From Methanomicrobia archaeon (GTDB lineage Archaea; Halobacteriota; Syntropharchaeia; Alkanophagales; Methanospirareceae), in contig JAFGHB010000040.1 in assembly GCA_016930255.1 (NCBI GenBank), forward strand, positions 5,187 through 69,186: 64,000 bases of DNA. Reading direction: 5' to 3'. The stretch's first letter is position 1. The number at the start of each line of letters is the position of its first letter. The notes under the pieces are model-generated. The model had not been told where the DNA came from, did no database searches, and saw nothing but the letters and a program-made list of their open reading frames with translations. Shown here in pieces: positions 50,601 to 58,375 of the stretch. A program made the translations under genes and the position numbers.

Positions 50601-51369
50601 GATTCTCCTCGCTCGCTTCAAGCCCGATACTATCCATTATCTTCCGCCAATTCTCTGGCACTTTCTCCGGCTTCTTCGCGTACGAAACCTTCCAGAAATT
50701 GTACGCGCTTTTAAGAAACTTAGACCGCTCCAACTCGAAATCAAACAGGCCGATTGTCTTTTGAACCAAAATCGAAAATATAGAGCCTTCTTTCAGTTCG
50801 AAGCTCTCAAAGAAATACTCCTGCGCAATCTCCGTGGATAAATTTACTTTCTCCTCAGGTTTATCAAACCGCTCGAAATAGCCGAGCACCTCTTCAATCC
50901 TCGTTCTCTCAATGCTTGGCTTTTTTAGCCACTCATAAACCTCTTCGCATTGCGATAACGTAACATCGTCAAGAGTAACGTGCAGTTTTCGTTCCCAGTT
51001 AGAGTTTATCCGCTCATAAATCAGAAGTTCCAATCCATCGGTAAGTAGTCCATATCTCGCTTTGAGCGGTTTCACATACCGCTCCCACAATTGTGCAAAA
51101 TCTCGTTCTACATTAATCTCATTCGGCCTTTTAAATTCAACCACAAACACCACATTCTGATAGTCGTCAAAGGCAAGCAAGTCGCTTCTTTTGCCTCTTA
51201 CACTCTTCTCAAATCGTATATCCTTAAACTCTTTCTCGTAACCAAGCACTTCAAGGATACCACTCTTTACAAAAGCCACCCGTAAATCCTCTTCAGAAAT
51301 CTCCTTCCCGCTTTTTATCTTCGCGTGTAGCTCTTCGAAGCTTGCACGTATCTTCTTGGCAGTGTCCAT
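47653..51369 (-). CDS. type IIG/IIL bifunctional restriction-modification enzyme (MmeI/Eco57I-like: N-terminal PD-(D/E)XK endonuclease + gamma-class N6-adenine MTase + TRD)
   Basis: N-terminus …LLAFDDYQNVVFVVEFKRPNE… (D-x9-ExK). MTase motif I …RLLDPACGSGTFLVEV… and motif IV …FVVGNPPYVRVQS… Long C-terminal target-recognition region ending …ELEAEINELVYKLYGLNDEDIKVIEEFL. The TRD-coding part (about 48.2-49.3 kb) is much more AT-rich than the rest. Confidence 0.85.
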   Translation of the reverse strand: MDTAKKIRASFEELHAKIKSGKEISEEDLRVAFVKSGILEVLGYEKEFKDIRFEKSVRGKRSDLLAFDDYQNVVFVVEFKRPNEINVERDFAQLWERYVKPLKARYGLLTDGLELLIYERINSNWERKLHVTLDDVTLSQCEEVYEWLKKPSIERTRIEEVLGYFERFDKPEEKVNLSTEIAQEYFFESFELKEGSIFSILVQKTIGLFDFELERSKFLKSAYNFWKVSYAKKPEKVPENWRKIMDSIGLEASEENLFKFMFCLESAYSLFTRLILAKACEDYKLPYIEFSRFIKTEIERASYRGDITLLAWAITTKNLIESMKQKLVKSVFEGDIFYWWEDSYKEISAGDALFSPRYEKQKGYFGEALAEIILTLYKFDFSEIIGDPLGTLYQRYFDKETRKALGEFYTPQEVVTYILDAVGYEGRNVFGKRLLDPACGSGTFLVEVLRRYLKASEQIADEKGWSEILKELCNEYCIVGFDIHPFATFMAQMQFMLVLIPKYKKAMEEDPHFVLNRLPIFRTDSLVNETKGEARKVTIEESAKGIHFIAIDTGLPVEGGDLKIKMPYFKEVIAKTDLPNVEEYFAALQAVFDTVKEAAWQEKYKVDTKELERNFKRYLKDRDWNGLVSFFTPYAKHFLQKFKELKDTFGDGKLIKSLEDIILAAILKNYVQYDFVVGNPPYVRVQSLPTEMNDYLRKNYKTVLGKFDLAVPFMERGINWLSQQGEFGFITSNKFIHSHYGNRVRDFICNNHSILTLIDFGDTGVFKDATNYPSVIIVKNKFEPGNTLKFINVLKPKDEILDYIGIYISKEGYRNDYIEILDIKQERLKDSWEFLSAPEQKVVGKIRKDSTSNLVDISKRINEGIVTGNNDVFINPITKKFIKEHSLEEELIYPILRGRNVEKWGFIWTGDTSKVDTFIIYPYKKENNSFEVVELDEYPNVLRYLEQYKDILKNRKSWRMTISETGKRWYELWHPNPQMLEEKIITPDISTGNKFSLDKSGSWLCMDTCFVIILENEYKKYYPFILGLLNSKLTEFYHKQISPSVSGDYYRYKKQYLEPLPIKLPQTPEEQKLADEITNKVERILDLVKLEQKIENFPEDCIQDYRSRGEEFDSKSVTFKSNHKTLEPFVEKTVEGGGYNIVIGKKETAIFVDSKPKADYVVAALKGKRAKKDEKLQLLVPKNDAIIEAILKELEEDKAQTKSPSVTELEAEINELVYKLYGLNDEDIKVIEEFLERF

Positions 51370-51373
51370 TTGC

Positions 51374-51964
51374 TTATACTTCTCTAATATCCTTTACAAG
51401 GAAATTACCACCCTTTAGTTTTACGCCTGCTATCTCGAATTTCTTACCGAGTAACGCGCCTCTTATTCGTGCAAGCGTTGCCTCTTCCCTTATCTTCTTC
51501 GCTTCTTCCAGAGTGATCTTCGCACATTTCTCTGCTATTTCCTTTTTGAAAATCAACGTGCAGCGTTCTCTTCCATTATCGAACCGGGCTTTGATTCGTA
51601 GATCCCAGATCCCCTCAACATCGCTGTGCACGATACAAAAATTATCGATGATCCATCGATTGCATTTGGGACACCGCTGGATAAGCCCACTGCCATCGTA
51701 AATCTGTGTTATGTTTCCCACGAGTGTCATGAGATCCTCGCTCGGTTCCGAAGTCTTTGTGAACGAAGGTTTCTCAAGGAGTTCCTCAACCTGCTCTGCC
51801 TCAATAACAATAGCATTCGGAAACTTTTCTGAGAACGAATTCAAAACCTCAAGCGCTTTCTCTTCGCCCCGCGTCTCAAGAATCTTTAACGCCTCGGGAT
51901 GAATTTGATAGCCCCGCCCAAGAATCCGTTTCAATATGCCTTCGGTTGATGATGAAAAAGCCAT
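51374..51964 (-). CDS. OB-fold/zinc-ribbon nucleic-acid-binding protein (RPA-like), translationally coupled to the RM enzyme
   Basis: 196 aa. …NAIVIEAEQVEELLEKP…TLVGNITQIYDGSGLIQRCPKCNRWIIDNFCIVHSDVEGIWDLRIKARFDDG… has CxxC…C.xH inserted in an OB-like segment. Its stop lies 4 nt before the RM start codon. Confidence 0.4.
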   Translation of the reverse strand: MAFSSSTEGILKRILGRGYQIHPEALKILETRGEEKALEVLNSFSEKFPNAIVIEAEQVEELLEKPSFTKTSEPSEDLMTLVGNITQIYDGSGLIQRCPKCNRWIIDNFCIVHSDVEGIWDLRIKARFDNGRERCTLIFKKEIAEKCAKITLEEAKKIREEATLARIRGALLGKKFEIAGVKLKGGNFLVKDIREV

Positions 51965-52194
51965 GAAGCATCTATTGTACTATCCTACATAACTTCATAA
52001 ATAGATATCAGATTTGATTCTATCTATGGCATCTCTGTCAATTACTGCACAAAATAAGAAATGTCAGGACTTTTTACTCCTCATACACCACCCAATAAAT
52101 CGTACCCGCCTTTTCGTCGGAGATGAGCAGCGAGCCGTCCTAACCTATATAACGCTACACGGCAAATGAATTGACAGTGAGTGATAGATAAGAG

Positions 52195-52359
52195 ATGAAA
52201 AAATACAAATGCACGTTATGTGACTACGTCTACGACCCTGAAAAAGGCGATCCCGACGGCGGGATAGAGCCGGGTACGGCGTTTGAGGACCTGCCTGACG
52301 ATTGGCTGTGCCCTGTCTGTGGTGCCGCCAAAGATGACTTTGAGGAACTGGAAGACTAA
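52195..52359 (+). CDS. rubredoxin
   Basis: 54-aa [54 protein letters not shown], with the two CxxC(G) iron-binding knuckles. Missing from the ORF track because it is under 60 aa. A TATA-like CCTATATAAC lies about 45 nt upstream. Confidence 0.9.
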   Translation: MKKYKCTLCDYVYDPEKGDPDGGIEPGTAFEDLPDDWLCPVCGAAKDDFEELED

Positions 52360-52402
52360 AACATTATTGTTTAGTGGGGCCAATCCTACTAACATACAAC
52401 GG

Positions 52403-53176
52403 ATGACCACCAAGCTCTTTGAAACGATTTACCGGCAGGCGCTGCCTGCATTGGAAGGCAGAAGCATCAAAGATGTGCGTATAGGTCTAGGGCTGTTAGC
52501 AGTTGAACTCGACGACGGCGCCCTGGCGGTTTCCTACGTGCTCCGGGACGAGCTACCGCCTGGGTGTGGCGTTATGCCCATGGAACAACCGTTGCGCGGC
52601 ATGGACGCGGAAGAGATGGCTGCATGGACGTTCGACTACGACAACTCGCTCTTAACATCGTTAGGTCTCGCCGTGCTCAACAGCGTCGTTGACCATACCG
52701 AAATCGAACACCAGTCTCATGACGATCTTTTAACGCTTTTACAACCGGACGATCAGGTCGGTATGGTGGGATTGATCGGGCCCATGGTCGCCCCGATACA
52801 GCGAATAACCGCCAGGAAACTGTACATTTTTGACCGGAGTCGCGAGAGCTCTACGGACGTCTATCCCGAAACACGCCAAAAAGAGTTGTTGCCGCAGTGC
52901 GATGTCGTTTTTATTTCCGGCACGGCGACCATCAACCGCACACTGGATTCGCTCTTAGCGTACGCGTCAAACGCACGCGAAATTATCCTTATCGGCACGA
53001 GCACGCCGTTGTATCCCGAGGCGTTCCGCGCTACGGCGGTGACATGGCTCGCAGGCTCCCTGTGGCCAAAAGCGAATCGCGATCCGATCTTCACACGAGT
53101 CGGAGAAGGCCGTGGCATACAATCGCTCATGCGCTACGGCACAAAGGTAACTATAAAAGTCCCGAAGTTGAAATGA
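52403..53176 (+). CDS. DUF4213/DUF364-family protein (Rossmann-like, putative metal-chelation domain)
   Basis: Start at MTTKLFETIYRQALPALEGRSIKDVRIGLGLLAVELDDGALAVSYVLRDE… (DUF4213-like N-terminus) followed by a Rossmann-like C-terminal half. Confidence 0.55.
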   Translation: MTTKLFETIYRQALPALEGRSIKDVRIGLGLLAVELDDGALAVSYVLRDELPPGCGVMPMEQPLRGMDAEEMAAWTFDYDNSLLTSLGLAVLNSVVDHTEIEHQSHDDLLTLLQPDDQVGMVGLIGPMVAPIQRITARKLYIFDRSRESSTDVYPETRQKELLPQCDVVFISGTATINRTLDSLLAYASNAREIILIGTSTPLYPEAFRATAVTWLAGSLWPKANRDPIFTRVGEGRGIQSLMRYGTKVTIKVPKLK

Positions 53177-53219
53177 AGAATCGAGCTGAACTGCAGTGTA
53201 GCTTGGAATAGTAAGAGAA

Positions 53220-53978
53220 ATGCAGATTAAAGGTATCTTTTTCGACCTGTACGGAACGCTCTTGATGTACGGCGATCTCAGGACGGCCTGGATTGAGTGG
53301 CAGCGGTCATTTTACGAGCGCTTACAGGACTGCGGCTTGACAATGTCAGAAACGTCGTTTGCCCTGCACTGTGATGACTTCTTCGAACGGCCAGAGCCGC
53401 AGTTTCCTGAAGATTACCTGACCGTCCTCGAACGCCGTATCAAAGCGCTAGGTATCAAGTTAGGATTGACGCTGAGCACTAACGAACTGGAGAAGACCGC
53501 AGTGGCAATCGTCAACGCATGGCAGCAGTATGTTTCGTTAGATCCCGATACGCTGCCGGTGCTCCACGCGCTGAAAGCTCAGAAGTCGCTCGCCCTGATC
53601 TCTAATTTCGATCATCCTCCTTACGTGCATTCGCTCCTGTCTGCCCTTGGTCTTACGGACTGCTTCGACTCGATCGTCATTTCCGGTGACGTCGGCGTCA
53701 AAAAGCCTGACCCGCGTATCTTCTCGTTCGCGCTGCAACAGACACAGCTGCAACCGCACGAAGTCGTGTACGTAGGCGACAGCACGGTGGACGTTCAGGG
53801 TGCGCGAGCTGCATGCATGTGCCCAATCCGTATTCAACGGTATGGATTAGACGAAAACTATACCTTCGTGGATTCCAAACTGAACCAACCGTCCCCACAA
53901 CATGCAAGCAACGAATCCACCGGTGCTGACGCGAGGACCATTGCGACACTGCCAGAACTTATCGCGCTGCTCGAGTGA
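53220..53978 (+). CDS. HAD-family hydrolase (2-haloacid-dehalogenase-like, DxYGTL variant)
   Basis: Motif I FFDLYGTLL, motif II LISNFD, motif IV VYVGDSTVDVQGARAA. Confidence 0.75.
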   Translation: MQIKGIFFDLYGTLLMYGDLRTAWIEWQRSFYERLQDCGLTMSETSFALHCDDFFERPEPQFPEDYLTVLERRIKALGIKLGLTLSTNELEKTAVAIVNAWQQYVSLDPDTLPVLHALKAQKSLALISNFDHPPYVHSLLSALGLTDCFDSIVISGDVGVKKPDPRIFSFALQQTQLQPHEVVYVGDSTVDVQGARAACMCPIRIQRYGLDENYTFVDSKLNQPSPQHASNESTGADARTIATLPELIALLE

Positions 53979-54122
53979 CGTGTAGAAACGTACTCGAACG
54001 CCGCGCGGAGGGTGACGTGGGGTGGGGGCGTGGAAAAAAGCAAAACTATATATATGGTTTATTACTGATGGAATATAGTGTTTGGCGTGCATCGGAAGCC
54101 GCACGAAGGGGAGAACTGACGG

Positions 54123-54749
54123 ATGGATGAGATAGAGCTAATCACACGTTCTGGAGGCCATTTCTATCGTACCCCGATCGGTATTCTCCCTAGTGTGACC
54201 ACTATTATGCGCTCGATTCAGAACCCACACTTGATCGCGTGGAAGAGCAGGACTCCAAACTGGAGAAAAATCGCCTCACACGCCGCGTACGTCGGCACGA
54301 AGACGCATCGCACTATCGAACGCTACCTCAACGACGAATCGCTTGACGAGCTTTACTGCGATGAGGTCTCGAAACCGTTCGCCGCATTCCGGGACTGGCA
54401 GTGCGCGAGCGGCTTCACGCTGGTAGACTGCGAACGAAGGATATGGAGCGACAACGGCTACGGCGGGACGGTAGATCTCGTCGGGTATATTAACGGCGCG
54501 CTATACCTCATTGATATAAAGACCTCGAAAGCGGTCTATCCTGATTATTCGCTTCAGATCGCAGCGTATCGAACCGGCTACGAGGAACGAACCGGCGAGC
54601 AGATCGAGGGCATGGGCATCCTGCGATTGGACAAACCCACCGGCGCGTTTGAATGGAAGGAATATTGCGATACTGAGTATCAAAGCGCCTGGGAGGAGTT
54701 CATGCTTCTCTGTGAGTCCTGGCATTCTACCAATAAGGATAACGAATGA
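54123..54749 (+). CDS. PD-(D/E)XK-superfamily nuclease (YqaJ/lambda-exonuclease/Cas4-like core without Fe-S cysteines)
   Basis: …GTVDLVGYINGALYLIDIKTSK…QIAAYRTGYE… gives the D…(I/L)D.K motif plus a downstream QxxxY motif. No C-terminal 4-Cys cluster. Confidence 0.55.
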   Translation: MDEIELITRSGGHFYRTPIGILPSVTTIMRSIQNPHLIAWKSRTPNWRKIASHAAYVGTKTHRTIERYLNDESLDELYCDEVSKPFAAFRDWQCASGFTLVDCERRIWSDNGYGGTVDLVGYINGALYLIDIKTSKAVYPDYSLQIAAYRTGYEERTGEQIEGMGILRLDKPTGAFEWKEYCDTEYQSAWEEFMLLCESWHSTNKDNE

Positions 54750-55354
54750 GCGCAAGAACTGTACAGACGGACCTGAGCGCATACGTCAACGTCAAGACCA
54801 CGGATAAAACACCGAATATCCTCGATTTGATCGTTCGATTAGTAACAGAAGAAGAAGGGCCGTGGCGCGGAACCGTGCGGGAATTACGGGACTGCCTAGG
54901 CTTGGACATACCGTCACAGAGCTTGGCCGTATTGCTCGAGCAGGCGCAGGCTGAGTTCGAACGCCGTGGGATCGTGATCGATCGTAAACACGAGACGGGC
55001 CAGCACGTCATCGCGATCTCGTACGAGCCCGAAGCAGGTGCAGCGCCAGACGAGCCGTCGACATCGCATGAACCCGGCGCCGTGAGCCATGCCGAAATCG
55101 CGACGGCCGTTGAATATCCGGTAACCTTCCCGTTCTCCTGGGTCATCAACGCGAAGGAGATCACCAGGATACGCGAACTTTCGCACGAAGAGCAGGCGAA
55201 CGCGAGACAGGAGCGTAAGACCTGCAGCTTGTGTGGCAGCAAAGAGATAGCATACGAGAAGCTCTCCAGTGGATTTTCCCACTTGATTTGTGCAGAGTGC
55301 GCTACCCGCTACGTGCTCAACGCAGACGCGTTAAAACGTCGAGTGGAGAGTTGA
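54746..55354 (+). CDS. hypothetical protein with C-terminal zinc ribbon, coupled to the nuclease
   Basis: ATGA overlap with the upstream nuclease. C-terminus CSLCGSKEIAYEKLSSGFSHLICAECATRY. Confidence 0.5.
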   Translation: MSARTVQTDLSAYVNVKTTDKTPNILDLIVRLVTEEEGPWRGTVRELRDCLGLDIPSQSLAVLLEQAQAEFERRGIVIDRKHETGQHVIAISYEPEAGAAPDEPSTSHEPGAVSHAEIATAVEYPVTFPFSWVINAKEITRIRELSHEEQANARQERKTCSLCGSKEIAYEKLSSGFSHLICAECATRYVLNADALKRRVES

Positions 55355-55465
55355 TGCAAAGGTTATTAAAGATGAATTTACGACTTTCAACTAGAGGAAA
55401 GCGTGCTGTGCGTGAATAAGATACTTATGCTAACGAGGGGGTTTAGCGATAAGTTGAAAGAAGCA

Positions 55466-56461
55466 ATGTTCTACGAGAAGCTGGAAGGGAACACCGTTCG
55501 ATGCCACCTCTGTCCACATCAGTGCAAGATAAACGACACGAAAAGAGGAATCTGCGGCGTGCGCGAGAACAAGGAGGGTGTCCTTTACAGTCTCGTCTAC
55601 GGTAAGGTCGCGGCGCAGGCGATAGACCCGATAGAGAAGAAGCCGCTATTCCATTTCTATCCTGGCTCAACGGCCTACTCGATTGCGACTGTTGGCTGCA
55701 ACTTCCGCTGCCGGAACTGCCAGAACTACGATATATCCCAGATGCCGAAGGACCAGAAACGGATTGTGGGCGACTACAAATCTCCCGAAGAGGTCGTTGC
55801 GGTCGCCACGCATTACAATTGCAAAAGCATCGCGTATACGTACGTGGAGCCGACCGTCTTCTTCGAGTTTGCCTACGATATCGCCAAGCTCGCCCATGAA
55901 GAGGGGATCTGCAACGTCTTCGTCTCGAACGGGTACACCTCGGAAGAGGCAATCCGTACGCTCGCACCCGTTTTGGACGGAATAAATATAGACCTGAAAG
56001 GGCTCTCGGAAGAGCTGTACCATAAGAATTGCGGCGGGCATCTGCAGCCTGTACTCGACGCGATAGCGCTTTACAAGAGTCTCGGCGTTTGGGTCGAAGT
56101 AACGACGCTGGTCATACCGACGCTGAACGACACTGAAGCGGATTTCCGAGGGATCGCAGAATTCATCAAAGGCGTCGGCGTGGACATACCCTGGCATATC
56201 TCGCAGTTCTACCCCACCTACAAGCTCACCGATCTGCCCCGGACGCCGATTACAACTCTGCACAAAGCGCGTGACATCGGGCTTGAAGTCGGCTTGCGGT
56301 ACGTGTACGAGGGCAACGTTCCGGGTGAGGGCGGCGAGAACACCTACTGCTACAAGTGCGGGACCCTACTGATCAGACGCTACGGATTCCAGATTCTGGA
56401 GAACAATATGAGAGGTTCACACTGCCCTCATTGCGGTGCCGAGATCGACGGGGTGTTTTAA
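55466..56461 (+). CDS. AmmeMemoRadiSam-system radical SAM enzyme (PFL-activase-like)
   Basis: MFYEKLEGNTVRCHLCPHQCKINDTKRGICGVRENKEGVLYSLVYGKVAAQAIDPIEKKPLFHFYPGS…VGCNFRCRNCQNYDISQ… C-terminal …HCPHCGAEIDG. Alternative upstream starts exist at 55403 and 55427. Confidence 0.85.
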   Translation: MFYEKLEGNTVRCHLCPHQCKINDTKRGICGVRENKEGVLYSLVYGKVAAQAIDPIEKKPLFHFYPGSTAYSIATVGCNFRCRNCQNYDISQMPKDQKRIVGDYKSPEEVVAVATHYNCKSIAYTYVEPTVFFEFAYDIAKLAHEEGICNVFVSNGYTSEEAIRTLAPVLDGINIDLKGLSEELYHKNCGGHLQPVLDAIALYKSLGVWVEVTTLVIPTLNDTEADFRGIAEFIKGVGVDIPWHISQFYPTYKLTDLPRTPITTLHKARDIGLEVGLRYVYEGNVPGEGGENTYCYKCGTLLIRRYGFQILENNMRGSHCPHCGAEIDGVF

Positions 56462-56699
56462 GGTTACGATTGGCTTTCAAGTGGCAGCCTTACCGAAGCA
56501 GTAATGGTAATGCGGTATTAAAGTGCGAACGCTGACCCTGAGGTGTAGGTTTAAAAATAGGGATGCAAGAGAGCATATCCTAAGAAATTTGTTCACCATT
56601 CCATTTGGGGTCTCCCTTGTTTTTCTAATAATCTTCATAATTTTGTTGCATTTTTGTTGTGCCTTACCTCCCATACGTTTTTTATTACATAGAATATCC

Positions 56700-57401
56700 T
56701 CATAATGGTAGATTTCCATTTGTAATTATCCTTGCATTGATTTCGCCATAAACAGTGTTAGTTAGAATTAGGAGACGCTTTAGGTGAAGGTTGCAATATT
56801 CCAACACATCAGGATTAGTCCTGAACGTTCTTGCCATGACATCCACACGTGGGTTATCTGGTAATGGTAGTGTTAATGTCTTAGCCTCGGTATCTCCATC
56901 AATTGTTACTTCTATATTGAAATTTCCTGCAATTATACGCTCATGGGTCACCGCATTTCTGTACATGGAAAAATCATTCCTCCAGCTAGGATCGTCGAAC
57001 CGACTTATAAGTGCATCACCAGGGCGATTACTTCTTAGCAGTCGTTTTGCGGTCTGGAAATATACCTGTGTGGGGAGTGGGATGGCAAAGTATGTTAATA
57101 CTTCGCGAGCCAAAATATCCATTGCGCTGCCACATGTGTAAAAAAAGCCATCCAAGTACATGTTAGCAAGAAACATAAAGTTACTGCTTTTGCTAAGTGC
57201 ATCTGCTAGTTCTGTAGTTGACATTAGGTCAATCAATGAATCGAGATGGTGCCGAGCGCATTTGATTTTATGAATTAAAGCAAAGTGGTACCTTCTATAT
57301 CCTTTAACTATATCATCTGGAACATTACCAGATTCTTTCAAGGAATCAATAGTACTCTCAAGTCTTCCACAGTTAGTAAAATGGTGGTATGGTGTGAACA
57401 T
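56700..57401 (-). CDS. hypothetical protein with RNxxxH (HEPN-like) motif, AT-rich islet
   Basis: 233-aa ORF with …FSMYRNAVTHERI… (R-x4-H). The start codon overlaps the stop of the upstream gene (TAATG). Confidence 0.45.
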   Translation of the reverse strand: MFTPYHHFTNCGRLESTIDSLKESGNVPDDIVKGYRRYHFALIHKIKCARHHLDSLIDLMSTTELADALSKSSNFMFLANMYLDGFFYTCGSAMDILAREVLTYFAIPLPTQVYFQTAKRLLRSNRPGDALISRFDDPSWRNDFSMYRNAVTHERIIAGNFNIEVTIDGDTEAKTLTLPLPDNPRVDVMARTFRTNPDVLEYCNLHLKRLLILTNTVYGEINARIITNGNLPL

Positions 57402-58096
57402 TATGATTTTCCTCGCATTCGTTGGGCAATAGTGTCTTTAAGCGAGGCACTTAACTGACCCCTAATATCTTTAAGATCCATTTCTTTCCCACATTCCTCG
57501 CAGATGAAGATACTATTTTCAGGAAAACGATTAATACCACCTTTTGGATGGATATCTGGGTTTAATTGTTCCTCAAATATGTAAACATGTTCGCAGTCAG
57601 AACAGTGGATATTGACCCTGAAGGAAGGTGAATCGTCACCTAACTGTTTTACAAATCCCAATTCAGCTTCGGTAAATTCCGGCCATTCTCTTTTTTGTAT
57701 ATCCAAAGGAATCCTGAGTGTTCCTGGATAATCCCGAAATGAAAATATAACGTCGTGAAATCCATCTTCTTCAAATTTATTTTTCACGCTGAAGGTGACT
57801 ATGATATCCCCTTTGTTTTCTTTAGATTTGACATCTAGTAGGGCTAAAGATTTTGATTTACGAGATCTCCTTTTTGAAATTGAAACGGCTACTGATGTAG
57901 CGCCCTTTGGTAAATTGAAAATGGTAAACACTGCACTAAATGTTCGTGTGAATGGGATAGACCACGCATAAAGAATAGTGAATACCCCTGAGACATCTGC
58001 TTTTCCGCTTTCGCCAAGCCTAAAAGAGTCAACTAAAACTCCAGACCCAAAAAATGGTGTAATTTTCTTTTTCTTTTCACTTTTAGGTTTAGCCAT
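57401..58096 (-). CDS. hypothetical protein with Lys-rich N-terminus and C-terminal zinc ribbon, AT-rich islet
   Basis: 231 aa: MAKPKSEKKKKITPFFGSG… and …HCSDCEHVYIFEEQ…FICEECGKEMD…. Confidence 0.45.
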   Translation of the reverse strand: MAKPKSEKKKKITPFFGSGVLVDSFRLGESGKADVSGVFTILYAWSIPFTRTFSAVFTIFNLPKGATSVAVSISKRRSRKSKSLALLDVKSKENKGDIIVTFSVKNKFEEDGFHDVIFSFRDYPGTLRIPLDIQKREWPEFTEAELGFVKQLGDDSPSFRVNIHCSDCEHVYIFEEQLNPDIHPKGGINRFPENSIFICEECGKEMDLKDIRGQLSASLKDTIAQRMRGKS

Positions 58097-58375
58097 TTTC
58101 GATCCACCAAAAATTTCTTAAAATGGGTTCCTGAATTGCGGATATTTTTTTATTTTTATTCTTTATTTCTCACGTGGATATAAAAGACTTTCCAAGAGAT
58201 TTTATGGTGTTTTTGAAATTGAGTTCTTTGATGGGAAAATATGTGGATAGCACTCTGTCACACATTTTTCAAATATCTTCATATTTCGAGGGGAAAGAAG
58301 GAAGGAGAAGGTTTATTTCTATTACAAAAAACCACGTTGGAAAAATAAGTGCTAAAAATAAAATTCAAACAGCAA

